DNA of 64,000 nt, taken from NCBI GenBank assembly GCA_951804945.1, contig OX638156.1, positions 59,024,001 through 59,088,000 of the forward strand, read 5' to 3'. Position 1 is the stretch's first letter, and each line of letters opens with the position of its first letter. The translations under genes were made by a program, and so were the position numbers. Shown here in pieces: positions 55,812 through 64,000 of this stretch. Under the pieces are notes generated by a model. The model ran no database searches, was not told the DNA's origin, and worked only from the letters and a program-made list of their open reading frames with translations. This DNA comes from Podarcis cretensis. Taxonomy: Eukaryota.

Positions 55812-58800
55812 CTAGGAAGATGAAAGAGTGCCATTAAGATGAACTCAGTACTCTCAATTCAACATGAATGCCATTGTTTTGCAAGGGCTGCTTCACATCA
55901 GCCATACTTGAAAAGAAACCCCACACACACAACTGTACATGCGCAATTCTGTTTCCTCATGCACCATGTTGCTGCTTCTAAAAAATATCTTGAGGGTGGG
56001 TTGGTTCAAAGGGGGCAGGGAGGGAGGGAGGCATACTTCGGCAAGAATCCCCATTCCCAGCATGTTGGCTTTGCCAGTATGTACAGGTCATGGGAATATG
56101 CCCAAGCTGGCTGGCTTAGGTGAGTTCAGGACGTGTCTTCCTACAAAAGCAACAGGTAGGTAAGTCTCTAAAAACAGAGACCCTTTCCCTCCTAGGCAAA
56201 CCACACATCTTGGAGGGAGATGTTTGCAAGAGCATGTGATGAAAAATGTTAAGGCTTTGACTTAAAAGTAGCAGCATTCTGCAAACTTCCTTTGCTGCCA
56301 CAGGAACAGCGGAGACTGAGCCCCACCTTCTCTCAAGTACATGTGAGCCACAGAGGAAGCAGCGGCAAACTGCTTCAATAGTTATTTCTCCCCCCCCCCT
56401 CCGCTGTTTTGATGGTATGTTATTTTCATTGAATAGGGTTGGACATTGTCCAGGCCTATCATTGACCCTCCTTTGGGAGGAGCCTCAATCAGCTTCAGAG
56501 CAAGAAAAATGCTTTTAAATAAAGTAAGTAAAAATGTAGAAGTGTGACAAACTCCCTACAGATTTCACATATCAAAAAAATCCACATGCACCTCAAACAC
56601 TGCCAGGAAGAGGGCAGTCTGGGCTCTTACCTGAACATGGTCTGATTATAATATGTGCATCCACCAGTCTGAATGGGTAAGTGAGTAGGGTCCAGCCTTT
56701 GAGGGTGGAAGCAGCTCTGCTGAAGGCTTTGGGAAATAAGACCTTCCCAGCCCCAGAGAGAATTCCAGAACTCTAAAGACATACATGTAACCCTAGCAAT
56801 GATAAACATGAATGTTAATAACTTGACTGGTGGATGAGCCTATTTAAGAAGATGGGGTGGTGGCAGTATGGAGAGAAACTTTAGTCCAGATAAACTTCTG
56901 AATTCTAACCAGCAGAAAGGCTTCTAGGTGCAGAAGGTAGCAGAAAATGTGTTTTTTAAAAAACTCAGCATAGTACCCTTAACCAGGGTTATTTTTCTAG
57001 AAAAAGAGGTGCCGGAAGTCACCATGAAAACCTCCCTTGTTCTCTTGAAATTGTGCCCACCTGAGGGGGGCTGGAACTGAGCTTTGGTGGGTTCTGACTG
57101 AAAAAAAGCCCTGCCTTTATCGCAATAAACTTTGACATGCCAACTTCCTACTTTAAGGAGGATGTTTGTTTTTAAAAAGCTTGTTGATTTCTTCCTCCTT
57201 CAGTCACTTCTACCTTACCCTATGAGATTAGCCAGCTAAGTACCGATCCCAGGAGTTACGGGGCCCTTGAGCAAGAGGCTCCTCGAGACTCCTTCCTCAC
57301 CACTTCTGTTGCCACTTGCCTCTCTAAATCACCACCATATCCAAGAGAGATGAAATAGTAAAGGCTTGTGGAGCTTACTGCACTCTTCCCCTAACCGCTT
57401 GCTCACACAGAAGGAGCATGTGAAAAAGCCAGCAACAGCAAAGAGAACCAATAGGACAAGAAGACTAGGAGCTGGCAGGGGGCCTCTTTGAGGAACATGG
57501 GTCTTGGCAGTCACCCAACAATGCCAACCACCAACAGTGAGCCAAGCCACCCTGAAGAAAGTCCTCTGGGCAAAGGAGGCATGTGGGAGGATTAAGCTCC
57601 TCCTGGAGGAAAACTCAAAACATGTCTAAAATGTTGCCACCCCCCCCCCAGCCTGCCAGCTAAACACAATTACCACTTCCCTCCCAAGTGCAGGATGTAC
57701 TTTGTAGGGCCAGCACAACCGGATTTACAAGACACAACTAACTCTTTAGGACTACAATACTGCCAACGTACGCCTGAGATGAGGTTTTATAGAAACATTT
57801 CATTTGCATAGAACTTTTATCGGTTGTGCTTCATAGCAAATCAGTGTCTTTGTTTTCAAATCCAACTACTTGGAGCAAGCTCAATCCCTCTTACGTACCT
57901 TCTGGGTCAACATCTTCTCTCTAGCTTCATCATGTATAGCTGGATTCCAGGGTGAAAAACTGTTAACACAGAAGAACATAAGCCTGTAACTGGTCTCCAA
58001 AATTGAAATAAAATGTCTCCATAGTGTGACAGAAATTTGTTTTAAGAGACATGCAATAAGTCTGAAAGTAGTACAAATGCAAATGGCCACTTTTCCAAGT
58101 ATATCTATCGGACACCACAAGTATTTGTGCTTACTTACACACTTTGAACAACAAAATTGGCGAAGTAATTATTCACTCTACAGTAGCTTTCCCAGCCTGC
58201 TGCCCTCTAGACATTTTGGACTACAACTCCCATACTTCCTGACCACTGACTATGCTGGCTGGGGATGATAGTAGTAGTATTGGTCTAACACCATCTAGGA
58301 GGGTACCAGGTTGAGGAATGCTGCTGTACAGATAATCTCGGTAAATTTACTTCAGCTACAAAATGTATTCTATTTATGCTAAGAGGATTAACTTAAAACA
58401 GTGTTTGAAGGTTGGGCTGCTGTGACCGTGAAGTCATCCCAGCTGAAAGGTGAAGGGAAAGAGAGAACACAATTTGCAAGCAAGCACAACAAGAGAGTCT
58501 GGAATGCATTGCAGGCCCAGCAGCATTGGAGCCAGTGGCAAGGTGAAAGCACATGCAGCCATACAACAGAAGAGGGCAACATGTTGGAATAAAATAAGGT
58601 CTTAATTTTATTGATTACAGACGTTGGGCGGTTTGATGTAGGCATTAGGTACGTCTCCCAAGATCAACCAGTCTGTCTGCTGGTTGATGGTAAAACGGTG
58701 TTGACTAAGGTTAAGGGTAACCCTGCAACGTGCATCGTATCCAGGCAACCTGCCAATATCACCAATGGACTATGGCCCATCCAATCCTGAGTGGAATATC

Positions 58801-61800
58801 TGGACATAAAACGACTCGCCGTGCTCCTTTAGGAGGATACCCGTGACGGCAGAGCAGGGGGACTCCCTACCCCCTGCCTACTTGGACAAAGGATCCAATC
58901 AAATGCCTCTTCCACCAAGACTATGTGACAATTGCTATGAGGTAGGCAAAACTCGTAGACAGTCCCAATTGCTCTGCAATGAACATTCATCCCTGGCCCC
59001 AAATGCATTGACCAATGTAATCCATAGCAAAGTCCAGAAAGGGTATGCCTCCTAAAATTCAGGCAAATCTTACTCCCTGAAAGGGAGGGAGGGGAATCCA
59101 GTGCCGACTACTACCTGGGCTCCGGCACAGTCAGCTTTATATGTCCAGGGAGTAGGTAGGAAGGAAAAAGTTCCATCTTGGCTCTGCTCCCAAGCCCTAC
59201 CCCCTCATAATGCCTGTGATTGGGAATTGGCGCAGCAAGAGGAGGTGGAAGTGCCTTTTCCTGCCATGCCAAAGCCAAGGGAGGATGGGGACATCCTGCC
59301 GGGGCCACAGCAGAGTTGCAACAGCCTCTCCCAGTGAGGCATGGCAGGAGCAAGTATTTGTTGCTTACGTGTTGCAGAAGTTAACAGGAGCATATTAACT
59401 TTCATTTTTGTGATGCACAAGTAAAGTACCTTAAAAACTTTAGTTGCAGAGGTGTATTGATCTTAAGACTTTATGCTGTTCTGAGAATGCTGTTCTGAGA
59501 ATTGTACAACTGTAGTACAATTTCCTACCTAATTGCATAGGGATCCTCTATTTTTGGTGGATCAAATAAGTGACTGCTGCATAATTTCACACTGTCAACC
59601 ACCTTACTCTTGAAAAGTTGAATATCCTTGTCATATCTAAGAGAGAGACCAAGACAAAAAAGAAGGAGACACATTAGATGAAATCAGAACGGTCTATCAA
59701 TGCATGAAGAACAGAGATTTGTAATCTCCCTTTATCCACAGAGGACAACAGTGCCTTATTTTTACAGAAAGCTTTAATATCAAGAGTTGGACTAACCACA
59801 ATGCCAAGGCTAAGACAAGAGAAAGGCCCAAATAAAATGCCATTTCCACCCAACTGGCATAATTAGGCTAAACTGTGAGCCTCCTATTCTGCAGCAAGCC
59901 TTCTCCAACCTGGTGCCCTCCAAATGTTTTGAACTATAACATTTATTTTCTCCAGCTCTTATCTGTAGTCCAAGCTATCTGCAGGCACTAGGTTGAGGAA
60001 AGCTGCCACAGCCAATGCAAAATAGAGAAAGGCCACATACCTACAACCTCCCAGCTATCAACTATCAGGAAAGCACAAAGCTCTTTGCCCAAATGCATGA
60101 TGTTAGTTACAGGGCAGGACACATTACATCACAAGTGCAGAGGAACAATAAATTGCCATGTACTCACACTACACTAAAACTATCTTCCTATCCAGGCCTC
60201 ACATATGTGTGCCTAAATGTCAGAAGCCAATTCTAGGAACTTGCAGCTAAAAAACAATTCCTGAACCGATGCATATAGGAAAATCCATGACATTTGGTAA
60301 TATGCATGTACTTGTGAGAAAACCTGGAGAAGTTCTAGAAAGTTCAACCCTGATAGTAACTCACAGCACAGCAGCCTCAGGATTCAAAGGAATGGTTGTG
60401 TCAATCTTGTAGAAGACCCTTCGAGCATACATCAGTATTTGCCATATGTGATTATGGTTTCGCCTTTAGAAGAAGCACAAGAAAGCCACAGCAGCACCTT
60501 TAGTGAAGCACCCAGACATAACTTCTGTTCAATATTTGCATTCTAGAGCATCACACTAACCTCCACTTGGCAAATGCTCTTTTCACATCCAGTTCACCTG
60601 AGATGGGATCTACTAGCGGGTGGAAGATGGGCAGATCAAAAACCAAGCGCTGAAAGACAAAGGAGACTTTAAAACCAAGCTGATAACCAACCTTACAGAT
60701 TAGCCGGTGGTCTATTAACCCCTTTGCATGCAGAACTAACCTTCTGCATTAAAAATGCCTCCCTCTTTGGTTAGTGGAGAGATTGTTATGTAGCTCAGCC
60801 AACTAACTAGTTACAAACCTAGAACAATATTCTATAACATTTTGATAACATGCAGCATGAAAGGGTGCCTATTCTTATATGCCACCTTTCAAGGTAAAGC
60901 CTTCCCAAGGCAGCTTAAAAAGTATACCTGAAGGAGTATACCCCAATCGTTCACTGAGGGGTTCCTCCAAGGGTCTTCTGTTGGTTCCCTCACTGCAAGA
61001 AGCAAGGTTACAGGGAACCAGGCAGAGGGCCTTCTCGGTGGTGGCACCCTCCCTGTGGAACACCCTCCCTGCAGATGTCAGGGAAATAAACAACTATAGT
61101 GGTACCTTGGGTTACGAGCTTAATTCGTTCCGGAGGTATGTTCTTAACCCGAAACCGTTCTTAACCTGAGGTACCACTTTAGCTAATGGGGCTTCTCACT
61201 GCCGCCACATGATTTCTGTTCTCATCCTGAGGTAAAGTTCTTAACCCGAGGTACTACTTCTGGGTTAGCGGAGTCTGTAACCCGAAGTGTTTGTAGTCCG
61301 AGTGTTTGTAACCCAAGGTACCACCATATCTGACTTAGAAGACATCTGAAGGCAGCCCTGTATCGGGAAGTTTTTAATGTTTGATATTTTCGTATGTTCT
61401 TATATATGTGAGCCACCCAGAGTGGCTGGGGAAATCCAGCCAAATGGGCAGGGTATGAATAATAAAATTATTTATTATTATTAAAAAGGGAAAAAAGCTA
61501 CATATACATAGCAGGGGAAATGCTGAGTGGAGCTGTAGCCAAGCACAATGCAGGAGATATTTCTACATGTAACTTAAATTCTGCAGTGGTTCCACAACTG
61601 CTTTTGATGGCTTCAGCAAATGTGGTAGGTAGCTAGAGAAAAGACAGCTCTGGGCTGGCACTGTATTAATGAATTAAACGACATGAGTGAGCAGGGAGCA
61701 GAGGTGTACCTTCAGAGAATGCAAGCCCTCAAAAGGCACAATTCTCCATGAGCACACTGAATTCTTGGTAGCTAAAGAGCCTGCCTCAGCTGCACCTTCT

Positions 61801-63691
61801 CTCCCCCTCCCCAGTCCCCTGACAAAGCGATCAATCATCTGTGAATGAGCCTGTAATGCTTTACTAAACTAGTTTAATGTTTTGTGTTAAGGTATCACAA
61901 GAGGATTTGTATCCTGAAAATAAATGACTATTGCATTGCATTTCCTGGGAAACCAGAACTAATTCTAGTTTGTACATCACTTTTCAGCTACAATTTGTTC
62001 TCAATGCAGCTTACAATTATATCCATAGAAAGGGGCAATACAATTAGGAATTGGGGAGGCATGCAACTGCATGGTAGTTGGTCAAAAAACTTTATATTTT
62101 AATTTATTGTGGATACCATTTGGTGTCACTTACCTAATCTAAAAGCATTTGCAATAGGCTAAAATGTCCTGCTGGTGGATCATAGGGATGTGGATTGGCT
62201 TAGTGGAGGGGTGCGGGGAGCAAGTAACTGAGAATCAGGCTTCTTTTTATTCAGGGAAACCCAGAACACTTAATCCATCTTCATCATCATCATCAACAAC
62301 TTTCAGAACACTTAATTACAGAACAAAGTGGCGGAAGAGCACAGAGCAACTCAGAAACAGACCGCAATATTTTTTTTAATGCATTAATGCAGTGACACAG
62401 TTAAGAGACAAACTTTGTTGACCATGCACACTCCTAGTAGATACCATGTTAAATATTTAAATGCCTTTTAAATTTAAGCACTGTTAATTTCTCTTTAAAG
62501 CTTAAAGTAGCCTCTACCGTTAGAAGCTTAGTGCCCACTGTGTTCTGCCAAAAGCTGCTCTGCCCATTGCCATAAAAATGTCCAAGCTTGGCTGACTCTC
62601 TTGCCTTTTGAGATCTGCCAGAGCCAACAGAGGTAACTGAAGTTGGTAAACAAGAACGTTCCGCTGTTTGATCCAAGAAGTCTGATTTTAAAAGCAGATC
62701 TCCGAAAGCAATAAAAACATAACTGTGCACAGCAGTTGTGGCCAGATCATTTAACTAAGAGAACAAAGCTATGGCAGGCAGATGTTTCTACAGATAACTA
62801 AATCTAATAGCTGAATCTGAAACAATCTCACTTGCTAGGAACAGAGACTTGCTACCACCAGAGAAGTAAGAAATTGCCCTCTGCTGACAATAAATGGAAG
62901 CTTTAGAGTTGGCGTCATATGAATAGCTAAGAGAACGGTTCAAATCTCTCCTGCCACAAATGCACTAGGTGGCCTTAGGCAAACTATTACAGGGTGAGTC
63001 CTTTAAAAGAGGCCTCATGGATACAGAGTACACATGTTCCACAGGGCCTCTTTTAAAAGACTCACACTGCATATGTATTTTATCAGCCACCCCATTATCC
63101 TTAAAATATTTTAAACTGATTTTTAAATTGTAACCTTCCCTAAGACCTTATGGTGAATGCAGAATAAAAAAACAAACAAACCCTTAAATAATAATAGCTG
63201 TCATCAGCAATATGGAGATATACTGATCTACCTTAAAGGCTGCAATAATAACATATTTGAAGCACTCCTGAATGTTTTAAAAGAGCTCTATAAATACAAA
63301 GTATTATGTAAGCCAGAATTGCCAGTTCTGCCATGGTCTAGCTTGCTGAGCAAAGTCCTGTCCTGGAAGAGAAACATCACATGCCCCACAGCCATCTAAG
63401 TAATTCCACAAATGATGAACGTTTCAGCCTATTGATACTTACTGGGCAGTCACCATCTGGGTAGTTGTCAGGGATGTAGACTGTAAATTTAAACACACCA
63501 TCCTGGTACAACCCATGCCTTATGAATATTACTCCAAACCACACTGCAAAAGAAAAAAAGAAAGATGATGAGATGTAAAAAATAAATAGCTTTGCTATAG
63601 GAAGAAAAACCCAGATATATACTTACTTAATGCTGATTGGTAAGAAGGTTGCACATAGACACCTGGCAGCTTCTGCTTCACAACCAACGTG
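55701..63691 (-). CDS. AKTIP: AKT-interacting protein (fused toes homolog, ubiquitin E2 variant), last 7 coding exons; 5' exons lie beyond the window end
   Basis: Joined minus-strand exons give [17 protein letters not shown] / [33 protein letters not shown] / [29 protein letters not shown] / [21 protein letters not shown] / ...[25 protein letters not shown] and the missing catalytic Cys are typical of this UEV. Confidence 0.96.
56984..57113. mobile_element. hAT-like MITE
   Basis: CAGGGTTATTTTTC...GAAAAAAAGCCCTG; degenerate 8-bp TSD CCCTTAAC/CCTTTATC. Confidence 0.75.
57899..57959 (-). CDS. AKTIP: AKTIP exon
   Basis: Minus strand taacag|TTTTTCA...CAGAAG|gtacgt; [20 protein letters not shown]. 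Confidence 0.93.
59529..59636 (-). CDS. AKTIP: AKTIP exon
   Basis: Minus strand tcttag|ATATGAC...ATTAG|gtagga; [17 protein letters not shown]...KIEDPYAI. Confidence 0.93.
60365..60463 (-). CDS. AKTIP: AKTIP exon
   Basis: Minus strand ctaaag|GCGAAAC...GTGCT|gtgagt; [22 protein letters not shown]. Confidence 0.93.
60561..60649 (-). CDS. AKTIP: AKTIP exon
   Basis: Minus strand tttcag|CGCTTG...TGGAG|gttagt; [29 protein letters not shown]. Confidence 0.93.
60925..61483 (+). mobile_element. L2-type 3' end interrupted by a Tigger-like MITE (61097-61326)
   Basis: [15 protein letters not shown] motif; TA|TAGTGGTACCTTGGG...CCCAAGGTACCACCA|TA; L2 tail resumes with AAGACATCTGAAGGCAGCCC. Confidence 0.85.
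62990..63069. mobile_element. Short mariner-type hairpin MITE (80 bp)
   Basis: CAGGGTGAGTCCTTTAAAAGAGGCC...GGCCTCTTTTAAAAGACTCACACTG inverted repeat, preceded by TA. Confidence 0.75.
63443..63543 (-). CDS. AKTIP: AKTIP exon
   Basis: Minus strand ttgcag|TGTGGTTT...TGCCCA|gtaagt; [19 protein letters not shown]. Confidence 0.94.
63627..63691 (-). CDS. AKTIP: AKTIP exon
   Basis: Minus strand ttacag|CACGTTG...GCATTAA|gtaagt; [21 protein letters not shown]. Confidence 0.93.
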
Positions 63692-64000
63692 CTGTAAAGA
63701 AACGTAATCCATCTAGTTAGGTTTAAAGTGGCATACACAAACCCCTACTCAATTAGAGTACACAGTGAATTTCCCCATGATCTTTTTACTTAAACAGCTA
63801 AGGATGTTCCTTCCTCACTACCAAAAACGTTCAGAAGCCAGTCAGCCTACCTGCAACAGGAAGACACTGACTTGAAAGCCTCCCCCCTTCCACATGTGCA
63901 CAGCCAAAGGGCACTCCAATTTATCTAGAGGAGTTGCCTGTGAATCTCAGGACTGGAGGTTTCCCCATTGCCCTGAACCAACAGGCAGTACAAGTCAAGG

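Overview
Vertebrate nuclear DNA, almost certainly from a squamate reptile. A full-length Sauria SINE, a BovB 3' end, and CR1, L2, Tc1-mariner and hAT MITE families point to a lacertid-type lizard. The window holds the conserved CHD9-RBL2-AKTIP block. (i) The last 23 coding exons of CHD9 lie on + (1305-21917, 5023 nt, frame-consistent), followed by a ~2.5 kb 3'UTR. (ii) A CpG-island promoter leads into a complete 22-exon RBL2/p130 gene on + (27044-52866, 3540 nt CDS, 1179 aa). (iii) The last 7 coding exons of AKTIP lie on - (55701-63691), tail-to-tail with RBL2. All introns read are GT-AG. There is one 130-N assembly gap at 37989-38118. I see no convincing wholly new gene or system. The best second-look items are: a 116-bp copy of the RBL2 exon 7 end plus its splice donor captured inside a MITE; an inverted MITE pair bracketing RBL2 exons 3-10 (possible circRNA or dsRNA); a miR-17 seed cluster with an abutting Pumilio site in the RBL2 3'UTR; interlocked poly(A) signals of RBL2 and AKTIP; and MITEs carrying the same ZNF143/THAP11-type motif found in the RBL2 promoter. 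Repeat family names come from pattern recognition, not a database search.
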